64,000 nucleotides of DNA from Candidatus Pacearchaeota archaeon (GCA_964202455.1 CAXNIJ010000006.1:5184-69183), one strand, 5' to 3'; positions 9,522 to 19,036 are shown, counted from the first letter of the stretch. The notes: generated by a model from the sequence alone, not told the origin. Numbers and translations: made by a program.

Positions 9522-10493
9522 ATGGAGTCAATAGATTTTATTATAATTCTCTTATTTTTTGTAGTATTTGGTTTAGGTATTTTTCTAGTATTTCTTGTTT
9601 TTATTCCAGATACTACTGTTTATGAAGCAAATAAGAATAGTGAGCAAAATTTTAAAGATGAATCGTTAAAATTATCAGAGAGAGTTTTTGGAAGTGTTCA
9701 ACAATTTTATCCCAATATAAGGTTTCCAGAAAAGGAAATAACTTATGCACTTGATCCTGCATGTGATACTAAAAAAGAAGAAAATATTATTACTGCTTTT
9801 TCAATTCTCTCTGCTAAGACAGTTTTAAAATTTATTCCAGAGATGGGGAAGAAAGAACCACGTATTCGCGTTTTATGCTCCGACATTTCTCCTAATTCTG
9901 ATAAGAGAGGGCATTTTGTTGCAGGAGAAGGAGGACCAAGTGAACTAGTAAATGTTAGTGAATACTATGTTATTCTAGAAAGTAAAATCTCGCTTTATCG
10001 AACAGATAGTTGTTCAGAGCCAAAAGTAGCCCTTCATGAAATTTTGCATGCACTAGGATTTAATCATACATCAGATTCACAGAGTATAATGTACCCGATT
10101 AGTTTTTGTAATCAACAACTAGACGAATCTATAATTCAAGAAATTAATCGACTTTATAGCGTTCCATCATATCCCGATTTAACTATTGATTCTGTAAATG
10201 TTAATCGTGTAGGTTCTTATCTTATGTTTCAAATAAATGTGAGTAATGTGGGATTTTATCCAGTTTATGAAGCTAATGTTTCCGTCTATGAAAATGGAAA
10301 ATTCATAAAGAGTTTTAGTCTGACAGATTATCCATTACCGATTGGTTCTACTAAAATTTTAAGTGTGAAAAATTTAAAAGTCAGTAAGGATTCTACTAAT
10401 TTCGAGTTTTTTGTTGAATCTTATAATCCGAGAAGTGAAATCAGAGTAGATAACAATCGTATGGAAGTAGTTTTGGAAAAGAATGTTAAATAA
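9522..10493 (+). CDS. Membrane-anchored metzincin-type zinc metalloprotease
   Basis: N-terminal TM IIILLFFVVFGLGIFLVFLVF. HEILHALGFNH (HExxHxxGxxH) followed by a Met-turn candidate SIMYP. Confidence 0.7.
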   Translation: MESIDFIIILLFFVVFGLGIFLVFLVFIPDTTVYEANKNSEQNFKDESLKLSERVFGSVQQFYPNIRFPEKEITYALDPACDTKKEENIITAFSILSAKTVLKFIPEMGKKEPRIRVLCSDISPNSDKRGHFVAGEGGPSELVNVSEYYVILESKISLYRTDSCSEPKVALHEILHALGFNHTSDSQSIMYPISFCNQQLDESIIQEINRLYSVPSYPDLTIDSVNVNRVGSYLMFQINVSNVGFYPVYEANVSVYENGKFIKSFSLTDYPLPIGSTKILSVKNLKVSKDSTNFEFFVESYNPRSEIRVDNNRMEVVLEKNVK

Positions 10494-10544
10494 TCCATAC
10501 AATAGGAACTTTTAAATAGAACTTTTTCTTATTTATCCAATACC

Positions 10545-11045
10545 ATGGTTGAGAAAGAGGAAGTTATAAAGGAAAAAATAAGTCATTCTGGAGTCTTTAA
10601 TTTCTCAGATTTTTATAGTTATGCACATAGTTGGCTTAAAGAAGAAGATTATGGTGTGGCTGAAGAAAAGTATAGCGAGAAAGTGACTGGCAATAGTAGA
10701 GACATAACTATTGAATGGAAAGCTTCTAAATCTCTGTCAGATTATTTTAAAACAAGTATTAAAGTTGAATTTGAAGTTGAAGGCCTTGTTGATGTTGAAG
10801 TAGAAATTGATGGTAAAAAGAAGAAAATGAATAAGGGGAAGATAACTGTGGGTATAAAAGCCGCGCTACTTAAAGACCCTGAAAGCAAGTGGGAATCTTC
10901 ACCTTTTAATCGTATTCTTAGAGATATTTATAATAAATATATTATTCCAAAGCGTTTAGATGATGTCCAAGGAAGAGTAATTTCAGATGTTCAAGATTTT
11001 AAAGAAGAATTGAAATCATTTTTAGAGCTCACGGGTAAGAGATAG
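10545..11045 (+). CDS. Hypothetical protein (166 aa)
   Basis: ORF only; charged, no motif recognised. Confidence 0.5.
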   Translation: MVEKEEVIKEKISHSGVFNFSDFYSYAHSWLKEEDYGVAEEKYSEKVTGNSRDITIEWKASKSLSDYFKTSIKVEFEVEGLVDVEVEIDGKKKKMNKGKITVGIKAALLKDPESKWESSPFNRILRDIYNKYIIPKRLDDVQGRVISDVQDFKEELKSFLELTGKR

Positions 11046-11094
11046 TGTTTAGTTTATACAAATATTTATATAATCAGATAGTGTTTTTCAAAAC

Positions 11095-12471
11095 ATGAAA
11101 AGAAGTGTAGTGGTAATGTTTAGTATATGTATGTTATTTGTTACTTTTTTTAGCGTCGGTGCTATAGAAGTTTCTAAAATAGATAAGGGTTCTGTACTTA
11201 TTGCAGAACTAGACAACCCAGCAGTATTTGATTTTACAGTAACTAATCTTGAGAAGGCTGAAAAAGCTCAAATTTATAATTTACTAGGCATACCTATGAC
11301 TCCAGAAGAAACATTCGAGTTAAAGAAAGGAGATACTTCATTTGAAGTGCGCGCTTATCCTCCAAAAGAGTTTAGAAAAAATTCAGGATATTTGAATTTT
11401 GAATATCAAATTAAAGGTGATGATTCTGGCATATTTTCAGATACTCTTAGAGTCAAAGTTGTGCCTTTAAAAGAAGTTCTAGAAGTTAGTTCTGAGAGAC
11501 TAAGCCCTGCAGATAAAGATGCAGTTATTCTTGTAAGAAATAAGGAAAATACATATATTCAAGACCTTTCTTTAAAACTCAGTTCTCCATTATTTGATAG
11601 TTCTCAAAAAGTTTCTCTAAAACCCTATGAAGTAATTAAAGTTCGTGTACAATTTGATCGAGAAATTGTCAAAAGTCTTTCTGCAGGAGCATATGTCCTT
11701 AATGCAGATGTTGAATTACAAGGAGTTAAACAACATTGGGAAGGAGTTTTAAATTATGTAGAGAAGAAAGATATATTGGAATCTACTTCTAGCGAAGGAT
11801 TTGTTATTCGCAAAATAAGTGTTGCTCGAACTAATGAGGGAAATGTACCTGAGAGTGTAAGAATTGAGATTAAGAAAGATATCATTTCTAGACTGTTTAC
11901 TTTATTTTCTATAGAACCCCAGACTTCACAGAGAGATGGATTTTTTGTGACATATACTTGGGACAAACAACTTGACCCTTCTTCTTCATTGACCGTTACT
12001 GCAACTACTAATTATACACTTCCTTTAGTGTTTCTGATTTTAGTTATTTCTATAGCCGTTTTTGTCAGCATGGTTTTGCGAACTAATGTTACCGTAAATA
12101 AGAGAGTTTCATTTGTTAAGACTCGCGGAGGAGAATTTGCACTTAAGATTAGACTACACTTGAAAGCAAATAAATATGTTGAAAATATTCAGATAATTGA
12201 TAGACTTCCCGGAATGACAGTATTATATGACCAATTTGGAATTAAGCCGGATAAAATTGATGCTGCAACGCGAAGACTCATTTGGAAAGTTCAACGTTTG
12301 AATGCTGGCGAAGAGAGGGTATTTTCATATATAGTATATTCTAAAATCAAAGTTATGGGAAGATTTGAGTTGCCTTCTGCTGTGGCAATTTTTGAGAGAG
12401 ATGGAAAAACTCAAGAAGTTACGTCCAACAGAACCTTCTTTGTTTCTGATACTATGAATAAAGCAGAATAG
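11095..12471 (+). CDS. Hypothetical surface protein (signal peptide plus one internal TM)
   Basis: N-terminal VVVMFSICMLFVTFFSVGA. TM segment LPLVFLILVISIAVFVSMVL. Beta-rich repeats. Confidence 0.55.
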   Translation: MKRSVVVMFSICMLFVTFFSVGAIEVSKIDKGSVLIAELDNPAVFDFTVTNLEKAEKAQIYNLLGIPMTPEETFELKKGDTSFEVRAYPPKEFRKNSGYLNFEYQIKGDDSGIFSDTLRVKVVPLKEVLEVSSERLSPADKDAVILVRNKENTYIQDLSLKLSSPLFDSSQKVSLKPYEVIKVRVQFDREIVKSLSAGAYVLNADVELQGVKQHWEGVLNYVEKKDILESTSSEGFVIRKISVARTNEGNVPESVRIEIKKDIISRLFTLFSIEPQTSQRDGFFVTYTWDKQLDPSSSLTVTATTNYTLPLVFLILVISIAVFVSMVLRTNVTVNKRVSFVKTRGGEFALKIRLHLKANKYVENIQIIDRLPGMTVLYDQFGIKPDKIDAATRRLIWKVQRLNAGEERVFSYIVYSKIKVMGRFELPSAVAIFERDGKTQEVTSNRTFFVSDTMNKAE

Positions 12472-12516
12472 GCAGACTACCTATAATCTTATAAATAGGT
12501 ATTTTTGTGCATTTTC

Positions 12517-13800
12517 ATGAGAATAGGAATTATTGGCGCAGGAGCAATGGGCAAGAGATATGCTGAACTTTGGAGTAAAGCTGGACACGATGTCGCTATT
12601 AACGATGTTCCCGATAAAATTTCAGGACTTGAAAATACTCTGGGAAGGTGTGGAATAAATGTTTATCATAATATGAAAGATGTTGCAAAATTTAGTGAAC
12701 TTTTGATTCACGCAGTCCCAGGAGATCAGATTGCTAATGTTTTTAGAGAATGCAGACCATACATATGTCCTGGAACTATTGTTGGAGGTTCATGTTCTGT
12801 TAAAATGCCTGAACATGTCGCATTTCAATATTTTGTACCCAGAGAAAATCCTACTTTCTTTTTTCATTCCCTTTATGGCCCCTCTGTAAAACCATTAGGG
12901 CAGACCGATGTTATAATTCCCGGCAATATCTCACAAGAAGATCTTTTTAACAAAGTTGAGCCAATTATAGTGGATTTGGGAACCACTACTCTTTATTTAG
13001 ACAATTTTCTTGTACATGATAAGATGACTGCGGAGACACAAGCCGCGACACATGCAGGATTTATGAGTATGGGTCTTGGATGGGCGCGTAGAGGCAACTA
13101 TCCATGGGATCAAGGAGAATATACTAGCGGAATGGATATTGTTAAAATGCTAATGACTATGCGAATTTTTTCGGGAAATAGTCACCTATATAGGACTCTT
13201 GCATTTGAAAATCCCTTTGCTCTCGTCCCCATCAAGGAATATGCTCGTTCTGCACGAGAGTTATTTAATTTGGGAAAAGAGAGAAAAGAAAGTGAACTTT
13301 GTGAACGTACAGTTTCTGCCGGAAAATACAGTTTTGATGATGGTATCGAAGATATTGCTTTAAATGATAAGATAATGAAGGAATACGCTTTAGGGGTTAG
13401 CACTAACTTGTCTATTCCAAATACCCATTTAAGTTTACATGCAATGATGGATAGTTGGAGATTTCTTTCTATTCAACCAAGACGAAATTTAATCTGTCAA
13501 ACTCCACTTTATCGTTTACGCGTTGGAATTGTAGAGTATTTGCATAATCATTCGGAGCTATATAAAAATTCTATAGCTGCATTTCTCAATAGTAGTGCGA
13601 TAGAAAAAGATGATTCTGAATTTTGTGATGCGGCGAATACTTGGGCAGATATTATTCAAAAAAGAGATACGAAAGAATATGATCATACTTTTTCAATGGT
13701 AAAAGAGTTTTTTGCTTCTAGACTTGATGAAGCTAAGAAAAAAAGTGATGCCCTTATTGATCGAATAGCTGAGCAGAATAGAAATGTTCAAACATATTAA
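12517..13800 (+). CDS. tyrA: Prephenate dehydrogenase, long TYR1-like form
   Basis: MRIGIIGAGAMGKRYA dinucleotide fold, GTIVGGSCSVKMPE, HSLYGPSV, HDKMTAETQAATHAGFMSMG and PNTHLSLHAMMDSWRF...ICQTPLYR. These blocks match my recollection of ~440-aa TYR1-type enzymes. ATG at 12517 preferred over the alternative start at 12505. Confidence 0.6.
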   Translation: MRIGIIGAGAMGKRYAELWSKAGHDVAINDVPDKISGLENTLGRCGINVYHNMKDVAKFSELLIHAVPGDQIANVFRECRPYICPGTIVGGSCSVKMPEHVAFQYFVPRENPTFFFHSLYGPSVKPLGQTDVIIPGNISQEDLFNKVEPIIVDLGTTTLYLDNFLVHDKMTAETQAATHAGFMSMGLGWARRGNYPWDQGEYTSGMDIVKMLMTMRIFSGNSHLYRTLAFENPFALVPIKEYARSARELFNLGKERKESELCERTVSAGKYSFDDGIEDIALNDKIMKEYALGVSTNLSIPNTHLSLHAMMDSWRFLSIQPRRNLICQTPLYRLRVGIVEYLHNHSELYKNSIAAFLNSSAIEKDDSEFCDAANTWADIIQKRDTKEYDHTFSMVKEFFASRLDEAKKKSDALIDRIAEQNRNVQTY

Positions 13801-13861
13801 TCTTCTTTTTGAGATTTAGTTAGAAATTTTATTTTTGAAGCTTAAAAGTTGTCGTAGCAAC

Positions 13862-13870
13862 TTTTAAATA
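13862..13870 (+). promoter_or_regulatory. TATA-box-like element for tRNA-Tyr
   Basis: TTTTAAATA lies 24-32 nt upstream of the tRNA 5' end, the usual archaeal spacing. Confidence 0.4.
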
Positions 13871-13893
13871 CACTTCTTGAGTTTTCTCGTTGT

Positions 13894-14131
13894 CCCCCTA
13901 TAGCTCAACGGTAGAGCACCTGGCTGTAGTCGACATGTGGGGAACTTTGTTCCCTGTGACTAGCGCAGACTTTCCATATCGGAAATCACAAGCACGATAA
14001 AAGAATCGTGCTTGGGACGATCGCGAATTTCTTTAACGGAATTCGCGACGCAGAATGAAGCGTGATCAGATTTTGTTCGTTAGAACAAAGGCAGTACCCG
14101 GGTTACCCCAGTTCAATTCTGGGTGGGGGGA
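13894..14131 (+). tRNA. tRNA-Tyr (GTA) interrupted by a 167-nt intron at the canonical 37/38 position
   Basis: Hand-folded. Acceptor CCCCCTA/TGGGGGG with the C1-G72 pair and A73 (archaeal/eukaryal Tyr identity set). D arm GCTC-AACGGTA-GAGC. Anticodon stem CCTGG/CCGGG, loop CT-GTA-G|...|C. T arm CCCAG-TTCAATT-CTGGG. No encoded CCA; followed by T6. Confidence 0.8.
13930..14096 (+). other. tRNA-Tyr intron with five internal hairpins
   Basis: Central 4-bp helix CTGT/GCAG is flanked by 3-nt bulges AGT and TAC, which is bulge-helix-bulge-like. Internal stems: GGGAAC/GTTCCC, TTTCC/GGAAA, AGCACGAT/ATCGTGCT, TCGCGAATT/AATTCGCGA and TTTGTTC/GAACAAA. Confidence 0.65.
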
Positions 14132-14194
14132 TTTTTTCTTTTACCAATTGCATACCTTTAAATGCCCTCTCTCGTTCTTGAAAATACAAATAAT

Positions 14195-15556
14195 ATGGAA
14201 AAATTTAAGGGACTTAAATTAAGTGAAGGTATTCTTCAGGTAATGAAGAAAGCAGGTTTTACTGAACCTAGTGAGATCCAGAGTAAGACTATTCCTCTTG
14301 TTGTCGATGGGAAAGATGTAATTGGAAGTTCTGCTACTGGAAGCGGAAAGACTCTTGCTTTTGGAGCAGGGATTATTGATAAAGTGAAGAAAGGAATGGG
14401 TGTTCAGGCTCTTGTTATGACTCCTACTCGTGAACTTGCAGAACAAGTAGCTATGACTTTAAGGACATTTTCGCAACATAAAGGATTACATGTAAAAGAA
14501 GTATATGGGGGAGTTGGAATGGGTGGGCAGATAAGAGAACTAAGATATTCTGAGATTGTTGTCGGTACACCTGGAAGATTACTTGACCATCTTCAGCATA
14601 AGACCCTTAATTTAAGCAGAGTAAAATTCTTGGTTTTAGATGAAGCAGATAGAATGCTCGATATGGGTTTTATTAAAGATGTAGAATCCATTATTCGTTT
14701 GTGTCCATTAGACAGACAAACTCTTTTGTTTTCTGCAACAATTTCTTCTGAAATAGATCATATTTCTAGAAGACATATGAAGAGTCCTGTAAAAGTTTCT
14801 GTTGAGAATCAAGTTGATCCTTCACAACTTTATCAGACTTATTACGATATGCCTACCGAATCTAAATTCTCTTTGCTTGTTCATTTATTAAAATTGCAAA
14901 AAAATGGAGTTGCAATGGTATTTTGTAATACTCGCAGAAATGTAGATCGTTTGACTAGTGGACTCAATCAAGAAGGAATACATGCTCTTGCAATTCATGG
15001 TGGACTATCTCAGAATAATAGAAGCGATACACTTCGCGCATTTCATCAGAGAGATACTTTTACATTAGTTTGTACAGATGTTGCTGCTCGAGGACTCGAT
15101 GTAAAAGGAGTTACTCATGTGTATAACTTTGACATTCCCGCTACTCCAACTGAATATATTCACAGAATAGGCCGTACTGCTCGCGCAGGTAAAAATGGAA
15201 TTGCCGTAAGTTTTGTTTGCTCGGGAGATCATGGAGAATTTAGACAAATTAGTCGCGAGCTACCTATAGAGAAACTTCCCTTACCTTTTATGAAACCTCT
15301 AGAAGCAATTAATTTTGGTTCTAATGATGATAGAAAATTGGCTAGAAGGAATAAGGGCGGAATGAGAACTAGACATGGACGTTCTCAAGGTGCTGGAAGA
15401 CACGATGGAAGAAGAGATGAAGGTAGAAGATTTTCATCTGGAGGTCGTGGCGGTTCTCGTGATAGTGGAAGAAGATTTCCTTCAAGAGGTCGAGATGGTG
15501 GGAGAGGCGGTGGTCGAAGTGGTGGAAAGTCAAGATTTTCTAAGAGAAGATTCTGA
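14195..15556 (+). CDS. DEAD-box ATP-dependent RNA helicase with RGG-rich C-terminal tail
   Basis: Q motif GFTEPSEIQ, SATGSGKT, PTRELA, TPGR, DEAD, SAT and HRIGRTARAG. Tail is GGRGGSRDSGRRFPSRGRDGGRGGGRSGG. An alternative start exists at 14162. Confidence 0.9.
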   Translation: MEKFKGLKLSEGILQVMKKAGFTEPSEIQSKTIPLVVDGKDVIGSSATGSGKTLAFGAGIIDKVKKGMGVQALVMTPTRELAEQVAMTLRTFSQHKGLHVKEVYGGVGMGGQIRELRYSEIVVGTPGRLLDHLQHKTLNLSRVKFLVLDEADRMLDMGFIKDVESIIRLCPLDRQTLLFSATISSEIDHISRRHMKSPVKVSVENQVDPSQLYQTYYDMPTESKFSLLVHLLKLQKNGVAMVFCNTRRNVDRLTSGLNQEGIHALAIHGGLSQNNRSDTLRAFHQRDTFTLVCTDVAARGLDVKGVTHVYNFDIPATPTEYIHRIGRTARAGKNGIAVSFVCSGDHGEFRQISRELPIEKLPLPFMKPLEAINFGSNDDRKLARRNKGGMRTRHGRSQGAGRHDGRRDEGRRFSSGGRGGSRDSGRRFPSRGRDGGRGGGRSGGKSRFSKRRF

Positions 15557-15593
15557 TAGAAATAATTAAAAACCTCCATGAGTAATTAATAGT

Positions 15594-16091
15594 ATGGCTG
15601 AATATGATTCAAAGACTAAAGAAGGAAAATGTATTTTCTGTGAAATAGCTAGTGGCAAGATTGAACCACGAGCAGGAGGTAAGTTCTGGGAGAATGATAA
15701 ATATGTTGCGTGGCTATCTCCTTTTCCAAATACGGATGGATTTACGGTAGTTATTCCCAAGAAACATTTTGGAAGTGATGTTTTACAGATGCCTGATGAA
15801 GAATTGAAGGAGTTTATTGTAGAAGCAAAGAAGGTCGCTGGACTTTTAGTTGATAAACTTGATGATGTTGGAAGAGTTGGATTGATTATGGAAGGAACAG
15901 GAATTGATCATGCACATATAAAACTAGTTCCCTTACATGGGACGGGTTATATGAAGAAAGGGGAATGGAGACAAGTTCATAGTGGGGTCAATACTTATTT
16001 TGAAAAGTATAAAGGATATATTTGTTCTAATGACGGTCCTCAGGCTGACGAAGAGAAGATTAGGGGACTAGCGAAGAAGTTGAGAGGGTAA
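15594..16091 (+). CDS. HIT-family nucleotide hydrolase/transferase-like protein
   Basis: CIFCEIASGK N-terminal motif. Histidine-triad region DHAHIKLVP, with the third His replaced by Lys. Confidence 0.6.
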   Translation: MAEYDSKTKEGKCIFCEIASGKIEPRAGGKFWENDKYVAWLSPFPNTDGFTVVIPKKHFGSDVLQMPDEELKEFIVEAKKVAGLLVDKLDDVGRVGLIMEGTGIDHAHIKLVPLHGTGYMKKGEWRQVHSGVNTYFEKYKGYICSNDGPQADEEKIRGLAKKLRG

Positions 16092-16116
16092 ATATGAAAA
16101 GTAAAAAAAATTGAAT

Positions 16117-17376
16117 CTAACCAAATAATTGATGGTATCTCTCACAGGCATATTTGTGCACGCTATCGTCACCCGTACCAAAATTTGCTAATGCTTTTGG
16201 ATTTGAAAATCTTTGCCTGAATTCCTCATCAGTCATTTCTCTCATCCTCCTATTGCGGGCGGCTGCGATTGTTTCTCTTACTTCAAGACAGGAAAATGAA
16301 TCTGGAGGTATGCTGACTGCTCTCGCTAGCACTCCACTAGCTATAGGCTTTAAAATTGCATCTTTATCTTGAAGAGAATTGAGATGAGTCTGAACTCTGG
16401 AGGCATAATCTTTACGCAAATCAGCATATCTATCCTCCTTAAAAATAACTGCAGGCACAGCGTTGAGTCTGCCTTCGGAGAGTGCTTGGTCATACTTTTG
16501 TTTTACATCGTAGATTCTTAGTTCGTCAGAATTTGGAAATTCTATCTGAGGAAAAATTGCCTTTATTCTTTCTATTGCCCCAAGATCTCTCAGCTTTTTA
16601 TCTGTGCGAAGCGCTTCTTTAAATGTTTTAGCTATCGATTCTCTGTCTTCTGGATTGTATCCTAGAAACCAAGGCCATTTAGCTTCAACAAATGATAGCT
16701 TCTGTCCTGGGCTAAATATTTTAGAGTAAGTAGTATTTTCTGGGATAAAATTAGCTGTGGAAAGCTTGGCTTTTAAGAAAGTAAGAGCTTCATCCTGAAC
16801 TTCCCTATATCTTGATAAATTCTGATGAGCAACTTGCGAGGTTTCTAATCTGTGTTTTAGATAATTTAATAATTGTGGATTGTAATCTCCATTATCAAAA
16901 GCAGTATTTGCAAAATCTTTGACCATTTGAGGAGTGGAACGAATGCATAGTGCCAAGTTAGAGCGGTCTGCTTTTATCATAAGGCCCTGTTTTACACGAA
17001 TGGCAATATTCGCTCCATGGTTGGACACTATTTCCTTTGCTCCGCCACTTCCTTGAAGAATAAGGTCATCTATTACTGGAAAAGGATTTCCATCAGCTAA
17101 ATAAGCAACAAAACGCTCTTCCCATAATGCAGGAATGCTTGCGTTTTTCAGAGCCGCAACTTTATGCTCAAGGTCTTCCGGTTCATATTCTGGTTTAAAA
17201 TCGAATGTTCTTTCGGAAAGATAAGCGTGCAATCTGTTTCTGTCTGTTGCATACAAATAATGATTAGAATCTCCTAAAAGCACTTTTGCAGCGTCATCCA
17301 TTTTTTTCACTTTTTCGGCTGATCTTGTGATTACCATTCCTTCTGAAGTCTTTAATCTAATTGGTTCTGAATTCAT
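16117..17376 (-). CDS. Hypothetical protein (419 aa), G+C-richer than its surroundings
   Basis: Long ORF with no motif recognised. A 60-nt sample at 16141-16200 counted 27/60 G+C. Confidence 0.55.
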   Translation of the reverse strand: MNSEPIRLKTSEGMVITRSAEKVKKMDDAAKVLLGDSNHYLYATDRNRLHAYLSERTFDFKPEYEPEDLEHKVAALKNASIPALWEERFVAYLADGNPFPVIDDLILQGSGGAKEIVSNHGANIAIRVKQGLMIKADRSNLALCIRSTPQMVKDFANTAFDNGDYNPQLLNYLKHRLETSQVAHQNLSRYREVQDEALTFLKAKLSTANFIPENTTYSKIFSPGQKLSFVEAKWPWFLGYNPEDRESIAKTFKEALRTDKKLRDLGAIERIKAIFPQIEFPNSDELRIYDVKQKYDQALSEGRLNAVPAVIFKEDRYADLRKDYASRVQTHLNSLQDKDAILKPIASGVLARAVSIPPDSFSCLEVRETIAAARNRRMREMTDEEFRQRFSNPKALANFGTGDDSVHKYACERYHQLFG

Positions 17377-17673
17377 AAAGGTTTAGAAAAATTAAGGTAT
17401 ATAAATCTTTCGTCTCCAGCTAGTGACAAATCTTTCGAATTGAGGAGTGAGTTTTTTAAACACATTTTAACAGGTTAAATCATGAAAAGACAGAACGTTA
17501 AAGAAGTCATTCTGCCCATGAAGTTTAATTAAGGGTTAGACACATTTGAACCAATGCTTCCCCTTAGAAAGAAATCGTCTAATATAAAACAAGTTAGAAA
17601 TTGGTATCCTGTTATAAGTCTCGTAATTGCCATATTGACTCTTGTTTTGATGTTTATTTAATTAGATGATAAA

Positions 17674-18384
17674 TTATATGGAGAATACTCTCCTCACTTC
17701 TCTTGCAATCTGAGTGTGATGGTCAACAAAGCCATCTGGACGTGCATGTGCGAGTATTTCACGAGTTGTATAACCATATGTTGATGCTAATGAATACATA
17801 CGATGTTCTAAGACTTCTGCAACACGTCTTGATGCTTCAATATCTCCGGGTTCGTCTCCAATATACGCGGCATTTCTTGGAGAACACCTTATTTTTTGAA
17901 GAGTATGAATAAGAATTGAAGGATCTGGCTTTAAAGGAGGATGGCCATCTATCTCTGGAACATCATAGCAAGTGATAATACTATCAAAAAGTGAAGTTAG
18001 CCTCAATTCATCTAATTTCGAGAGGATTTTTTCTGGCTTACTTGAAGAAGCTATTGAGAGAGAAAACTCTTGATGTAATGAGTGAAGTGTCGTTTCTATA
18101 TTATCAAAAAGTATGGGCTGAGAATGTGGATATTTTTTATATTCTTCCCAGATAGCGCATTTATCCTTTTCCCAGTCAAATCTGAGTGCAATATATGTTT
18201 GTATAATGCTTGTTCTTCTAGAATCTGCACGAAAATCTTCTTGGTTTTTATAGGGAAAGTTTTTTTTGAATTGAGTACAGATATGTCTAAACCAATCAAA
18301 CTGTGCATGAAGAGAATTCGCAATTACTCCATCCCAATCTAAAATAATGCAGTAGGCTTTCATATTCTTTTTTACTTTAGACAT
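17674..18384 (-). CDS. HAD-superfamily hydrolase (phosphatase)
   Basis: Motif I ILDWDGVIANS (DxDG). Motif IV YIGDEPGDIEASRR. Confidence 0.75.
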   Translation of the reverse strand: MSKVKKNMKAYCIILDWDGVIANSLHAQFDWFRHICTQFKKNFPYKNQEDFRADSRRTSIIQTYIALRFDWEKDKCAIWEEYKKYPHSQPILFDNIETTLHSLHQEFSLSIASSSKPEKILSKLDELRLTSLFDSIITCYDVPEIDGHPPLKPDPSILIHTLQKIRCSPRNAAYIGDEPGDIEASRRVAEVLEHRMYSLASTYGYTTREILAHARPDGFVDHHTQIAREVRRVFSI

Positions 18385-18443
18385 TATATAATAATTGTTG
18401 TAATGGACGTTAGTTTTTTAAACCTCTTTTCTCTTTAGGAAGA

Positions 18444-19004
18444 ATGCAAATTAAAAAAAAGACATTAGGAATGTTTATAATACTCCTTATTGTTGTGATT
18501 TTAGGAGTTTGGTATTATAATAATATGACAGAACAAAGTAAATCTGGAAATGGAAACATTGCGACTATAAAGACAAATATGGGGGACATTGTAATTGAAC
18601 TAGATAAGAATATGCCTGTTACTGCAGGTAATTTCAAGAAACTTGTTGGAGAGAAATTTTATGATGGGACTATATTTCATAGAGTTATTGATGGATTTAT
18701 GATTCAGGGTGGAGACCCTACGGGTACTGGAAGAGGCGGGCCTGGATATACTATTAAAGATGAATTCACGAAGGGAAATACTAATGTGCGAGGGACTATT
18801 TCAATGGCTAATTCTGGACCAGATACTGGAGGAAGTCAATTTTTTATTAATGTGGCTGATAACACTTTCTTAGATGGTAAGCATCCAGTGTTTGGGAAAG
18901 TTACTAAAGGAATTGATGTTGTTGATAAAATTGCTAAAGTGCAGAAGGATAGAAATGATAAGCCGATGCAAGAAGTTAAGATTTTGAGTGCTACTTTAGC
19001 ATAA
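18444..19004 (+). CDS. ppiB: Cyclophilin-type peptidyl-prolyl isomerase with N-terminal membrane anchor
   Basis: FHRVIDGFMIQGGDP, GTISMANSGPDTGGSQFFI and HPVFGKV. N-terminal TM LGMFIILLIVVILGVWYY. Confidence 0.9.
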   Translation: MQIKKKTLGMFIILLIVVILGVWYYNNMTEQSKSGNGNIATIKTNMGDIVIELDKNMPVTAGNFKKLVGEKFYDGTIFHRVIDGFMIQGGDPTGTGRGGPGYTIKDEFTKGNTNVRGTISMANSGPDTGGSQFFINVADNTFLDGKHPVFGKVTKGIDVVDKIAKVQKDRNDKPMQEVKILSATLA

Positions 19005-19036
19005 AACCTTATTAAGGAAGGTTATTTTTATTTTTT

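Noticed and set aside
6917-9531. Lysozyme as evidence for a prophage
   Set aside because: The neighbouring genes are trpS, rtcB and archease. No capsid, terminase, integrase or holin-like genes are nearby.
13930-14096. C/D-box sRNA encoded in the tRNA-Tyr intron
   Set aside because: GTGATCA (6/7 match to RUGAUGA) and AATGAAG are the only box-C-like strings, and I found no CUGA D box in a suitable position. I left this as a check rather than a claim.
15375-15760. Overlapping ORFs on both strands across the helicase tail and HIT gene start
   Set aside because: These are alternative-frame and antisense readings of the RGG-encoding GGN/AGA repeat (EEDFLQEVEM..., PPPLPPSRP...). The helicase frame carries all the conserved motifs.
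17554-17661. 35-codon ORF (MLPLRKKSSNIKQVRNWYPVISLVIAILTLVLMFI) in the 300-nt gap between the orphan gene and the HAD hydrolase
   Set aside because: It is a plausible small membrane peptide, but it has no SD-like site or conservation evidence that I can assess. It is too short to call.
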